Assembly: GCA_963715985.1 (NCBI GenBank)
Contig: CAVQSP010000011.1
Span: 480,001 to 544,000, forward strand
Direction: 5' to 3'
DNA length: 64,000 nucleotides
DNA from: an uncultured Thermoleophilia bacterium
GTDB lineage: Bacteria; Actinomycetota; Thermoleophilia; UBA2241
Shown here: positions 39,365 to 49,204 of the stretch, piece by piece
Layout: the number at the start of each line of letters is the position of its first letter
Numbering within the stretch: position 1 is the stretch's first letter
Notes under the pieces: model-generated
Database searches by the model: none
What the model was told of the DNA's origin: nothing
The model's input: the letters and a program-made list of their open reading frames with translations, nothing else
Position numbers and translations under genes: made by a program

Positions 39365-41152
39365 TCAGACGAACACCGACCAGATGATGAACGCCGTCAT
39401 GAGAAGCGCGGCGAACCCCATGACCAGGGTGATTATCCACCAGATGCCGTCGCCGAACCTGGTCCGCCACGTGATGGTCTTCTCGACGAGCACGTCGTCG
39501 AGCGTACCCTCACGCACGTGGCGCGCGTACTCGAGAGGCCGCTCTTCCCGGTAGTGCTCCACCGGGATCGAGCCCGTGAAGATGACCTTGTCGATGGGGA
39601 ACGACTCAGGCCGCAGGTGGGCGCTGAAGAAGTGCACGAAGATGAAGATGACGCCCATCGCCAGCAGCGCCTCGTTGGAGTGGATGACCAGGGCGATGTT
39701 GAGGAAGATGCCGGGGATGTACTCGGTCGTCTTGATGGGGAACCACATCATGAAGCCGGTGACGCCGATGATGACCGTGCCCGCACCCAGGGAGAGGTAG
39801 TCGAACTTCTCCCAGTACGTGTAGCGGTCGAACTGCGGCTTGGGGCCCCTGCCGAAGAACCAGGCGAACATGCCGATCATGTCCTGGAGGTCCTTGGTGC
39901 GCGGCAGCATGGACTCGGGGCCGAACATGCCCTTGCCGCGGCGGCGCGCGACCTGGACCAGCATGTAGACGATCTCCGCCGTCCAGTAGACGACGGTGAC
40001 GATGGCGGCCAGCCGGTGGTAGACGCCGGCCGCCGTGACGCCCCCGAAGAGGTCCATGAACCACTGCGCCCACGGCGTGTCCTTGTACTTGAGCGGCATG
40101 CCGGTGAACACCAGGACCGTGAAGCTGACGATCACGAGGAAGTGCATCCAGCGGTGGAAGACGTTGAAGCGATGGTACTCGATGCGTTTGTCGCCCCTGC
40201 GGTCCCTGGGCTCGCGGTGTGCGCGTGAATAGAGGCCCTCTTTGGCGCCCCGGTAGACGTAGAGGCCGGTGTGCACGGCGGCGAAGGAGAAGACGACGGC
40301 GATGAGCGCCACGTAGGCCATCCAGAAGATCCAGATCTGCCACGACGAGCTGGGGCTCTGCGGATTCACGTGGACTCTGAAGTCGGCGAAGTTCTCGTTG
40401 GCGCCCGGGTGACACGTGGCGCACGTCTTGACCACGTTCGCCCTGTTGACCGTGCTGTTGGGGTCGGAGACGGGAAGGATCCTGTGACCGCCGTGGCACT
40501 CGCTGCAGACGGCGGTCTTCTTGTCGCCGAGCAGGTACGCCTTGCCGTGGTAGCTGTCGAGGAAGCTCTCCTCCTTGGCGCCGTGGCAGCGCGTGCACAT
40601 CTTCATCTCGCTGGCGCGGAACTCGGGCGTGCCGGGCGTGAGGATGTTGTGCGCGTCGTGGCAGTCGGCGCAGAGCGGCGCGTCCTTGCCGATGCTCGTC
40701 TTGGACAGGGCGCCGTGGAAGGAGCTGTCGTACATGAGGGCTTCCTCGCCGTGGCAGTCCGCACAGGCCTCGAACTTGGCGATCTGGAGCCAATCCTCGG
40801 TGACGCTCTCGGGATGCATGCCGGCGTTGAAGCCGATGTGGCAGCTGATGCAGGCCAGCTTGCCGTGGCGTGAGTCGCCCTGGTGCGCGCGGTCGACGTA
40901 GATGCTCTTCTTCTCGCCGTTGACGTCGATGATGGCGGGGACCTTCTGGCCGTCGACCTCGATGTACCCGTCCACCGGCTTCTGCCCGTGGCACTTCTCG
41001 CAGGCGGCGTTCTCGCTGGGACTGAGCGCGGAGCCGCCCTGCGTGGTGATGGGGCTCGTGGAGGCCCAGGCGGCGGCGGTGGACACGGCGAAGCCCGCGA
41101 GCACGGCGACGCACACCAACGCCCGCGCCCAGGCGGCGCGGCGAGCCGTCAC
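39365..41152 (-). CDS. CbcL-like fusion: heptaheme cytochrome c plus cytochrome b quinol-interacting domain
   Basis: Signal peptide, 7 CxxCH, then HRFNVFHRWMH, TGMPLKY, YHRLAA, FDRYTYWEKFDY, IHSNEALLA, HFFSAHLRPESFP. Confidence 0.88.
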   Translation of the reverse strand: MTARRAAWARALVCVAVLAGFAVSTAAAWASTSPITTQGGSALSPSENAACEKCHGQKPVDGYIEVDGQKVPAIIDVNGEKKSIYVDRAHQGDSRHGKLACISCHIGFNAGMHPESVTEDWLQIAKFEACADCHGEEALMYDSSFHGALSKTSIGKDAPLCADCHDAHNILTPGTPEFRASEMKMCTRCHGAKEESFLDSYHGKAYLLGDKKTAVCSECHGGHRILPVSDPNSTVNRANVVKTCATCHPGANENFADFRVHVNPQSPSSSWQIWIFWMAYVALIAVVFSFAAVHTGLYVYRGAKEGLYSRAHREPRDRRGDKRIEYHRFNVFHRWMHFLVIVSFTVLVFTGMPLKYKDTPWAQWFMDLFGGVTAAGVYHRLAAIVTVVYWTAEIVYMLVQVARRRGKGMFGPESMLPRTKDLQDMIGMFAWFFGRGPKPQFDRYTYWEKFDYLSLGAGTVIIGVTGFMMWFPIKTTEYIPGIFLNIALVIHSNEALLAMGVIFIFVHFFSAHLRPESFPIDKVIFTGSIPVEHYREERPLEYARHVREGTLDDVLVEKTITWRTRFGDGIWWIITLVMGFAALLMTAFIIWSVFV

Positions 41153-42093
41153 AGAGTCACCCCGCTCTGCTCGTGGCAGGCGTCACACATGCCCTGCGGG
41201 TGGCACACGAGACAGGCACTGGGGCCCTGCTTGGCGATGGCGCCGTGCGTCTGCAGCCAGGTGGCGGGGTGGTTCACGGAGTGGCACTGGGCGCAGTAGG
41301 CCTTGTCGTGACAGGCCTCGCAGCTGGTGGGGTCGGCGGTGGCATCGGGGCCGTGCGTGTAGCGCCAGCGGCCCGAGAAGTGGGTAGCCGGCGGGAACCC
41401 GTGGCACTTGTCGCAGAACGACTTCCTGTCGTGGTGGCAGCGCAGGCAGTCCGCCTCATTGAGCAGCGCCTTCTTGCCGTGGTCCTCCATGAAGTCCGGC
41501 GCGTGCTGCGAAGGCGGAGGCGCCACGTGGCAGAAGTCGCAGCGATCGGGGGCACCCTGCTCGTTGTGACACATGGCGCAGGTGACCATGCTGACGCCCT
41601 CGGGCTGGCCCGCCCTCTTGTGCGAGACGGTGGTGTGACAGTCGGAGCAGTTGAGGCCACGCAGCTTGAGGTGCTCGGCGTGGTTCATGCGCACGCCGTT
41701 GCTCTCGTTGGGGATCTCGGCGAGCGGATGGCACTTGAGGCAGTTGGCGTTGCTGGGCAGGTGCCCCTTGTCCGACGTCCCGGTCATGCCGAGGTAGTCG
41801 GCCCACACGTTCCTCGCCTCGTTGTAGCGCCAGCGCGACGCCGCCACGACTCCCGGCGGGATGTGGCACTGCGTGCAGCTGACGTCCTTGTGCGCGCCCT
41901 GGGCCCAGGTCTTCTCGGCCGGCTTCATGGCCTTGCAGGAGGTGCAGTAGTCGACGGAGTCCCGGGCGGCCACGGGGAGCACGAGGATGGCCACGACGGC
42001 GACGGCGACGACGAGCACCACGACCCAGGTGAACCACGTGCGGCGATACCAGGCACGCGGTGTCGGCCGGTGGCGATGACCGCTTTCAGTCAA
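41149..42093 (-). CDS. membrane-anchored NapC/NrfH-like multiheme cytochrome c (11 CxxCH + CTSCK)
   Basis: TM, YCTSCKAM...WAQGAHKDVSCTQCH; colinear paralog of 37028..37990. Confidence 0.9.
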   Translation of the reverse strand: MTESGHRHRPTPRAWYRRTWFTWVVVLVVAVAVVAILVLPVAARDSVDYCTSCKAMKPAEKTWAQGAHKDVSCTQCHIPPGVVAASRWRYNEARNVWADYLGMTGTSDKGHLPSNANCLKCHPLAEIPNESNGVRMNHAEHLKLRGLNCSDCHTTVSHKRAGQPEGVSMVTCAMCHNEQGAPDRCDFCHVAPPPSQHAPDFMEDHGKKALLNEADCLRCHHDRKSFCDKCHGFPPATHFSGRWRYTHGPDATADPTSCEACHDKAYCAQCHSVNHPATWLQTHGAIAKQGPSACLVCHPQGMCDACHEQSGVTL

Positions 42094-42174
42094 GTCGAGA
42101 CGCTCCCCAAGGCTCCAACCTCATACGACTCCCGGGCGGCCTGCCCCTCGCATGGCCGTCCACGGTTGGCGGGC

Positions 42175-42183
42175 ATTGTACCA
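42175..42183 (-). promoter_or_regulatory. extended -10 promoter of cytochrome module 1
   Basis: TGGTACAAT about 80 nt upstream of 42093. Confidence 0.6.
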
Positions 42184-42239
42184 TCCTGCCAAATGAGCTG
42201 CCACACGCGCGAAACCCGGCGCCGCGCGTCGCGCCACGC

Positions 42240-43676
42240 TCAGGAGAAGGGCAGGCCGAGCTCGCGCCAGCGCTCGTCCACGCGCCTGACGACCGAGGGG
42301 TCCATGGCCAGCTCCTCGGGCCACTCGCGCGCGTGGCCCTCGTCGGGCCACGTCTTGGTGGCGTCGATGCCCATCTTGGCGCCGTAGCGCGCGAAGGGGC
42401 TCGAGTGGTCGAGCACGTCGAGCGGCCCGGAGACGATCACCGTGTCGCGGGCCGGGTCGACGTTGTTGAACACCCGCCACGTGACCTCGCTGTAGTCGTG
42501 CACGTCGACGTGCTCGTCGACCACGACGACGAACTTGGTGAACATCATCTGCCCCATGCCCCACACGGCGTTCATGATCTTGCGCGCGTGGCCCGGGTAC
42601 TCCTTGCGGATGCTGATGATGGCGCAGTCGTGGAAGACGCCCTCGATGGGCAGGTCCATGTCGACGATCTCCGGCTGCACGAGCTGCAGCAGCGGCAGGA
42701 AGAGGCGCTCCGTGGCCTTGCCGAGATACGCGTCCTCCATCGGCGGCTTGCCGACGATGGTGGCAGGGTAGATGGGGTCGCGGCGGTGGCTCATGGCCGT
42801 GAGGTGGAACACCGGGTACTGATCGGCCAGCGAGTAGTAGCCGGTGTGGTCGCCGAAGGGCCCCTCGAGCCGCGTCTCGCCCTTCTCGACGTAGCCCTCG
42901 AGGACGATCTCGGCGTCGGCCGGCACGGAGAGGTCGACGGTCGCGCACGACGCCATCTCGACCGGCTCGCCGCGCAGGAACCCGGCGAACATGAACTCGC
43001 TGATGCCCGGCGGGAGCGGCGCGGTGGCTGCGTACGTGACCGCCGGGTCGGTGCCGAGGGCGACCGCCACCTCCATGCGATCGCCCGCCTCGCGGAAGTT
43101 GGCGGCGCCGTCGTGGTGGATGTGGATGTGCATGCCGGTCGTCCGCCGGTCGAAGACCTGCAGGCGATACATGCCCGCGTTCTGGCGGCCCTGCCGGTCC
43201 TTGGTCACGACGATCGGCAGGGTGATGAAGGGTCCGCCGTCGCCGGGCCACGTGGTGAGCACCGGCAGGCGGGAGAGATCGGGCGGGTCGACGACCACCT
43301 CGCGGAAGAGAGGCTTCTTGCCGTACTTGGGGCCGTAGGAGGCGAGCTCCTTGAGCTGGCCGAGCGCCTTGACCTTGCCGATGAGGCCGCTCGGCACCTG
43401 CAGCTCGAGCAGGCCGCCGATGCGCTTGGCGATGTCGTCGAGCGGCGCCCCGAGCGCCAGCTCCAGGCGCCGGTACGAGCCCAGCTGGTTCATCAGGACC
43501 GGCACGGCGGGCTGCCCTGCCGGTCGCTTCGGCTGCTCGAACAGGACCGCCGGCCCGTGCGCCTTGCTGGCGCGGTCGGCGATCTCCGCCATCTCCAGAT
43601 AGGGGTCGACCTCGGGGCGTACGCGCGCCAGCTCGCCCTCGCGCTCCAACAAGCTGATGAAGGCGCGCAGGTCCAC
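42240..43676 (-). CDS. mqnL: UbiD-family menaquinone biosynthesis decarboxylase (MqnL)
   Basis: DLRAFISLLEREGEL, WPGDGGPFIT, EGPFGDHTGYY, GKPPMED, KMGIDAT. Confidence 0.9.
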   Translation of the reverse strand: MDLRAFISLLEREGELARVRPEVDPYLEMAEIADRASKAHGPAVLFEQPKRPAGQPAVPVLMNQLGSYRRLELALGAPLDDIAKRIGGLLELQVPSGLIGKVKALGQLKELASYGPKYGKKPLFREVVVDPPDLSRLPVLTTWPGDGGPFITLPIVVTKDRQGRQNAGMYRLQVFDRRTTGMHIHIHHDGAANFREAGDRMEVAVALGTDPAVTYAATAPLPPGISEFMFAGFLRGEPVEMASCATVDLSVPADAEIVLEGYVEKGETRLEGPFGDHTGYYSLADQYPVFHLTAMSHRRDPIYPATIVGKPPMEDAYLGKATERLFLPLLQLVQPEIVDMDLPIEGVFHDCAIISIRKEYPGHARKIMNAVWGMGQMMFTKFVVVVDEHVDVHDYSEVTWRVFNNVDPARDTVIVSGPLDVLDHSSPFARYGAKMGIDATKTWPDEGHAREWPEELAMDPSVVRRVDERWRELGLPFS

Positions 43677-43678
43677 GA

Positions 43679-44272
43679 TCAGCTCACCGCCCCCGTCGGC
43701 ACCGCCGCCAGCGCCCGCTCCAGCGGGGCCGCGTCGCGCAGGCCGAGCCCGGCCGCCTCCCGGCGCGCGAGCGCCGGCACGTCTGCGCCGGCGCCGCCGA
43801 ACAGCGCCGCGTCGAGGCGCTCGAAGAGGCCCTCCGCGCCCGCGGCGCCGCCGCGGCGCAGGGCGGCCAGACCCGCGACCGTGTAGGCCCACAGGGCGTC
43901 GTCGGCGGCGAACGGAGCCTGCACGCTGCGCAGGTACGAGCAGGCGGCCATGAGCCGGGTCAGCAGGCCGACGGCGGCGACGTCGCCGCGCGCGGCGACC
44001 AGGCGCAGGCCGCGCGCGTACAGGAAGTCGCCGGCGAGCAGCGCGTTCTCGCGGCCGGCGGCGGCTTCGGCCGCACACACGCGGCTCTCGCGGTAGTGGA
44101 ACAGGTAGCCCTCGTAGATGAGCTCGATGGCGGTGACGTACCCGGTGTCGTCGTCGCCGTCGAGCTCGTCGAAGAGCGCGCCCCAGCACAGCGCGGGCGG
44201 GGACGCGGCCGGGGGGCCGAAGGCGGCCCCGGCCTCACCGAGCCCGCTCGCGACGGCCGCGGCGTCGACCAC
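43679..44272 (-). CDS. hypothetical protein, degenerate isoprenyl synthase fold (HepS-like)
   Basis: AIELIYEGYLFHY and LLAGDFLYARGL segments; no DDxxD. Confidence 0.6.
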   Translation of the reverse strand: MVDAAAVASGLGEAGAAFGPPAASPPALCWGALFDELDGDDDTGYVTAIELIYEGYLFHYRESRVCAAEAAAGRENALLAGDFLYARGLRLVAARGDVAAVGLLTRLMAACSYLRSVQAPFAADDALWAYTVAGLAALRRGGAAGAEGLFERLDAALFGGAGADVPALARREAAGLGLRDAAPLERALAAVPTGAVS

Positions 44273-44273
44273 C

Positions 44274-44915
44274 TCAGGCCCGCTCGTGGTCCAGGTAGAA
44301 GGTGAGCGACATGAGCTCGCTGGAGAGGTCCACCTGGCGCACGAGCACGCCGTCCTGACCCTGCACCTTGACGGGCGCGAAGTTCAGCACGGCCTTGACG
44401 CCCGCCGCGCTCAGACGGTCCACGGTGGCCTGCGCCTCGCTCGCCGGCACCGTGACGAGGGCGATGTCCACCTGCTCGCTGCCGCAGAAGTCCTCCAGGT
44501 CGGAGATGCTGCGCACGCGCCCGGTGCCGTAGCTCGCGCCGATCACCGTGGCCGAGCTGTCGAACATGCCGACGAGGCGGAAGCCCTGTTCCGAGAAGCC
44601 CCGGTAGCGGGCGAGGGCGGTGCCCAGAAGACCTGCACCCACGATGACCACGTTCCACTGGTGATCGAGGCCGAGGCAATGGGAGATCTCGTCGATGAGC
44701 CTCACGACTTCATAGCCCACGCCCCGCGTGCCGAACTCGCCGAAGTACGAGAAGTCCTTGCGGATCTGGGCGGCGTTCAGGCCGATGCTCTCGGCGAGGT
44801 CCTTGCTGGACACCCTCTCCACGCCGCGGGCCCGCAGCTCGCGGAGCTTGCGGAGGTACACCGCCAGCCGCGGCACTGTGACGGCCGGGACGTCGTTCTT
44901 GTCTACGTTGCGCAC
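44274..44915 (-). CDS. rex: redox-sensing transcriptional repressor Rex
   Basis: RLAVYLR, QIRKDFSYFGEFGTRGVGY, VGAGLLGTAL, LNFAP. Confidence 0.97.
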   Translation of the reverse strand: MRNVDKNDVPAVTVPRLAVYLRKLRELRARGVERVSSKDLAESIGLNAAQIRKDFSYFGEFGTRGVGYEVVRLIDEISHCLGLDHQWNVVIVGAGLLGTALARYRGFSEQGFRLVGMFDSSATVIGASYGTGRVRSISDLEDFCGSEQVDIALVTVPASEAQATVDRLSAAGVKAVLNFAPVKVQGQDGVLVRQVDLSSELMSLTFYLDHERA

Positions 44916-44929
44916 GACTCCTCCCGTCG

Positions 44930-46213
44930 TCAGGCTGCGAAGAAGCTGGCGGCCGCCTCGGCGGCCCTGGCGATGTCGTCCTCGCTCAGCGCCAGCGAGA
45001 TCATGGCGGCTTCGAACTGCGACGGTGCCAGGTAGACGCCGCGGTCGAGCATGTGCCGCCAGTAGGCGGCGTACAGGTCGGTGTCGGCGTGCCTGGCCGC
45101 CGCGAAGCTGTTCACCGGACCGTCACAGAAGAACAGCGTCATCATCGGTCCGACACGGTTGAGCGTGTAGGGCCGGTCGCCGGCGGAGGCGGCGATGACG
45201 AGGCCCTCCGCCGCTTGGGCGGCCAGCGCCTCGAGGCGCTCGTACACGCCGGGCTCGCCGAGCACGTGGAGCGTGGCGGCGCCGGCCGCCATGGCGAGGG
45301 GATTGCCCGAGAGCGTGCCGGCCTGGTACGTGGACCCGAGCGGCGCCACGGTCTCCATGATGTCGCGGCGTCCGCCGAAGGCGCCCACGGGGAGGCCGCC
45401 GCCGATGATCTTGCCCAGCGTGGTGAGGTCGGGCAGCACCCCGAAGCGGGCCTGCGCCCCTCCCCACGCCACGCGGAAGCCGGTGATGACCTCGTCGAAG
45501 ATGAGCACGGCGCCGAAGCGGCTGCAGAGGTCACGGCAGGCCTGCAGGAACCCGGGGTCAGGCGGCACGACGCCCATGTTGCCGGCCACGGGCTCGACGA
45601 TGAGCGCGGCGATCTCCTCCCCGCGCGCCTCGAAGAGCGCGGTGAGCGCCGCCACGTCGTTGTACTCCACGAGCAGCGTATCGGCCGTGGTGCCCTTGGT
45701 GACGCCGGGGCTGTCGGGCAGAGCCAGCGTGAGCACCCCGCTGCCGGCGGCGGCCAGAAAGGCGTCCGAGTGGCCGTGGTAGCACCCGATGAACTTCACG
45801 ATCTTCTCCCGACCCGTGAAGCCGCGGGCGACCCGCACGGCACTCATCGTCGCCTCGGTGCCGGAGTTGACCATGCGCACCATCTCGACCGACGGCACGG
45901 CCTCGCAGATGACGCGCGCCAGTTCGACCTCGAGCTCCGTGGGAGCACCGTAGCTGGTGCCGCGGTCCACCTGCACGTGGAGGCTGCCGAGCACGTCCGG
46001 GTGGCCCCATCCGAGGATCATCGGGCCCCACGACGAGACGAAGTCAATGAACTCGTTGCCGTCCACGTCCCAGATGTGCGCGCCTGAGGCGTGGTCGACG
46101 AACAGCGGATACGGCATGCCCACGCCCTTCATGGCGCGGACAGGCGAGTTCACGCCGCCCGGGATGTACTGTCGCGCCTCCTGGAACAGCCGCGCAGAGG
46201 TCTCCGTCTTCAC
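44930..46213 (-). CDS. hemL: glutamate-1-semialdehyde 2,1-aminomutase
   Basis: IPGGVNSPVRA, NSGTEATMSA, FDEVITGFR, LGKIIGGGLPVG, YQAGTLSGNP. Confidence 0.97.
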   Translation of the reverse strand: MKTETSARLFQEARQYIPGGVNSPVRAMKGVGMPYPLFVDHASGAHIWDVDGNEFIDFVSSWGPMILGWGHPDVLGSLHVQVDRGTSYGAPTELEVELARVICEAVPSVEMVRMVNSGTEATMSAVRVARGFTGREKIVKFIGCYHGHSDAFLAAAGSGVLTLALPDSPGVTKGTTADTLLVEYNDVAALTALFEARGEEIAALIVEPVAGNMGVVPPDPGFLQACRDLCSRFGAVLIFDEVITGFRVAWGGAQARFGVLPDLTTLGKIIGGGLPVGAFGGRRDIMETVAPLGSTYQAGTLSGNPLAMAAGAATLHVLGEPGVYERLEALAAQAAEGLVIAASAGDRPYTLNRVGPMMTLFFCDGPVNSFAAARHADTDLYAAYWRHMLDRGVYLAPSQFEAAMISLALSEDDIARAAEAAASFFAA

Positions 46214-46293
46214 CCAGTCCTCCCCACAAGAAGTGCGGCCACGTCCCCGCGTGGTCCGGAAAGACAGAAATGATACTACGCAGAGCGTCACGC

Positions 46294-46311
46294 ATGTGCT
46301 TTTGCGCACGA
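46294..46311 (-). promoter_or_regulatory. probable Rex operator upstream of hemL-rex
   Basis: ATGTGC-TTTTGC-GCACGA (GTGC-N6-GCAC, Rex spacing) upstream of a TATCAT -10 at 46270-46275. Confidence 0.55.
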
Positions 46312-46412
46312 TGTACCCAGAATCTGCCGGATGCACCCTCCCGCCACAGGAACAGCCGCCCCCCCGCCGAACGCTCAGCGAACAGGTGACCGAGGACGAG
46401 GAGCGCGCCACC

Positions 46413-46853
46413 ATGGCCATCACCATCCGCGACGCAGGCCCCGGCGACGAGCCCGCCGTGGTCGATCTGATCCAGGAGCTCGCCACGACGACGGACTATC
46501 CGACGACCATCGATGAGCACTACGTGAGGCACTACCTGGCCTCACCCGAGAGCGGCATCCTCATGGCGTTCGACGACGGGGCCCCTGTGGGCCTCGTGAG
46601 CTACGCCACGGTGCCGGGCCTCTTCCACGCCGCGGACTCGGGGCTGATAGAAGCGCTGGTGGTCACCGAGGGCCGGCGCGGCGAGGGCATCGGCAGGCAG
46701 CTGGTGCGCTCCGTGCTCGCGCTGCTCGAGAAGGCCGGCTGTGCCGAGATCTCAGTGAGCACGGGGGCCGAGAACGAGGCCGCCCAGAAGGTCTACGTGG
46801 ACCTCGGCCTCACCGAGGCGTCGGTGCTGCTGGAGAAGCACATCGAGAGGTAG
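46413..46853 (+). CDS. GNAT acetyltransferase
   Basis: LVVTEGRRGEGIGRQLV...NEAAQKVY; GAGGAG RBS. Confidence 0.85.
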   Translation: MAITIRDAGPGDEPAVVDLIQELATTTDYPTTIDEHYVRHYLASPESGILMAFDDGAPVGLVSYATVPGLFHAADSGLIEALVVTEGRRGEGIGRQLVRSVLALLEKAGCAEISVSTGAENEAAQKVYVDLGLTEASVLLEKHIER

Positions 46854-46879
46854 CGCGAGGGAGGGCGCGCCGGGAGGCG

Positions 46880-48014
46880 TCAGCCGACGCCCGGCGCGCA
46901 CCAGCCCTTGGGCACGTACGCGCAGTACGGCTCCTCGGCCATGTAGTCGCCGGTCGCCTCGTACGCTCGCGCGCGGCAGCCGCCGCAGACCTTCTTGAAC
47001 TCGCACACGCCGCACTTGCCTTTGAGCCCGTCGAAGTCCCGCAGCTCGTTGAAGAGCGGCGAGTCGCGCCACACCTCGGGGAAGGTCTGCTCGCGCACGT
47101 TGCCGGCGACCTTGTCGAAGTAGCCGCAGCCCTGCACGTCGCCGATGTGACTGATGAAACAGAAGCCGATGCCGGCCAGGCAGCCACGGCTGAGCGTGTT
47201 CATGCCGCCGTGGCTGTGCGGGTGCACCTCGAGCTTGCGGCCCTGCTCCTTGGCGCGCTGGCGCATGACGCGCCAGTAGTGCGGCACGTCGGTGGGCTTC
47301 ATGAACAGGTCCGACTCCTGCTGGGCGTCGTACATCCACTCCAGGGCGCGCTCGTACTCCTCCGGCGGCAGCTCCTGCGCCTCCAGCTCCTTGCCGCGAC
47401 CCGTGGGCACCAGCATGAACGGGTGGAACGAGACGGCGCCGAGGTCGGTGGCCAGCTTGAGCAAGGCGGGCAGCTCGTGGGCGTTGAGCTTGGTGATGGT
47501 GCTGTTGATCTGCACCTCCACGCCGGCGTCGAGGCAGTTGCGGATGCCCCGCACGGCGCCGTCGAACGCGCCGGGCACGCCGCGGAACTCGTCGTGCTCC
47601 GCGGCGGTCGGGGAAGTCGATGGAGATGCTCACGCGGGCGATGCCCACCTCGTGCATGCGCCTCGCGACCTCGGGCGTGACCAGCGTGCCGTTGGGCGAC
47701 ATGACCGTGCGCAGGCCGGTGGCGATGGCGTGCTCGGCGATGTCGAAGATGTCGGCGCGCATGAGCGGGTCGCCGCCGGTGAGGATGAGGATGGGGTTGG
47801 CGAACGAGGCGATCTGGTCGACGAGGGTGAAGCACTCCTCGGTGCTCAGCTCGCCCTCGTAGGGGCCGTGGACGGCCGAGGCGCGGCAGTGCACGCAGGC
47901 CAGGTTGCAGCTGCGCGTGACCTCCCAGGCCACCACGCGCGGCGGGGCGACGCCGCCGGCGTCGCCGAGCCGCGCGTCCGTACCGTGAGGGTTTTGTGTG
48001 CCTGGATGGTGCAA
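46880..48014 (-). CDS. ahbD: radical SAM/SPASM heme b synthase of the siroheme-dependent pathway (indel near 47610)
   Basis: AWEVTRSCNLACVHCRASA, ILTGGDPL, LVPTGRG, RGCLAG, KCGVCEFKKVCGGCRARAY; next to hemB. Confidence 0.75.
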
Positions 48015-48097
48015 ACCTGTCCTAGTCTGCCAGACGGGGCGGGGCGGCGCAACGCGGCAGTGCCGCGCCGCCCCTCACGTCGATCTGCCCGGGCCGC

Positions 48098-49075
48098 TCA
48101 GCCCTGCTGCAGCCAGCGGGCGATGTCCTTGGCGTGGTACGTGATGATGAGGTCGGCGCCGGCGCGCTTGATCCCGGTGATGGCCTCCATCACGGCGCGC
48201 TCCTCGTCGAGCCAGCCGTTGGCCGCCGCCGCCTTGATCATCGCGTACTCGCCGCTGACGTTGTACGCGGCCAGCGGGTACTTGGTCTCCTGCTTGACGG
48301 CGTGGATGACGTCCAGGAACGGGATGGCCGGCTTGACCATGATGATGTCCGCGCCCTCCTCGATGTCCAGCAGCGACTCGCGCACAGCCTCCTCGAGGTT
48401 GGCCGGGTCCATCTGGTACGTCTTGCGGTCGCCGAAGGCGGGGGCCGACTCGGCCGCCTCGCGGAACGGCCCGTAGAACGCCGAGGCGAACTTGCTCGAG
48501 TACGCCATGATGATGGTGTCGGGAAGACCTTCGTCGTCGAGCGCGTTGCGGATGGCGGCCACGCGCCCGTCCATCATGTCGCTCGGGGCCACGATGTCGG
48601 CGCCACTGTCGGCGTGCGTGACGGCCATCTTGGCGAGCAGCTCCAGGGTGACGTCGTTGAGGATCTCGCCGTCCTGGGTGACGCCGCAGTGCCCGTGGTC
48701 CATGTACTCACAGAGGCACACGTCGGTGATGACCACCAGGTCGGGGAACTCGTCCTTGATGGCCCTCACGGCCATCTGCACCACGCCCTCGGGGTCGTAG
48801 GCGCCCGTGGCGGCGGAGTCCTTGTGCGAGGGGATCCCGAACAGCAGGATGGCGGGGATGCCCAGGTCGACGGCCTCGCGGACCTCGCCGATCAGGTTGC
48901 CGATGGAGAGCTGGAAGCAGCCCGGCATGGAGCTGATGGGGTTCTTGACGTTCTCGCCGGCGATGACGAAGTACGGGTAGATGAGGTCGTCGATCTTGAG
49001 CGTCGTCTCGCGCAGCATGTTGCGGATGGCCGGCGTGCGGCGCAGGCGGCGCATGCGGTAGCTGGGGTAGTACAT
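48098..49075 (-). CDS. hemB: porphobilinogen synthase
   Basis: [49 protein letters not shown]. Confidence 0.97.
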   Translation of the reverse strand: MYYPSYRMRRLRRTPAIRNMLRETTLKIDDLIYPYFVIAGENVKNPISSMPGCFQLSIGNLIGEVREAVDLGIPAILLFGIPSHKDSAATGAYDPEGVVQMAVRAIKDEFPDLVVITDVCLCEYMDHGHCGVTQDGEILNDVTLELLAKMAVTHADSGADIVAPSDMMDGRVAAIRNALDDEGLPDTIIMAYSSKFASAFYGPFREAAESAPAFGDRKTYQMDPANLEEAVRESLLDIEEGADIIMVKPAIPFLDVIHAVKQETKYPLAAYNVSGEYAMIKAAAANGWLDEERAVMEAITGIKRAGADLIITYHAKDIARWLQQG

Positions 49076-49204
49076 GGGGTCGTGTCCTTTCGTGCGGGAA
49101 CGGCTGCGAGCCCGTTGTGCGCCAGCAATCTTCCCCCGCGCGGGAGGGCTTGACAACCGTTCCGTGCCGGCCGGGGCCGGCGCGAGCCCGGCGCCCGGGG
49201 AAAC

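Noticed and set aside
41929-41946. CxxCK as evidence of an NrfA nitrite reductase
   Set aside because: The motif sits at the heme-1 position of a NapC/NrfH-type head after a TM anchor, and no NrfA-specific sequence context is present.
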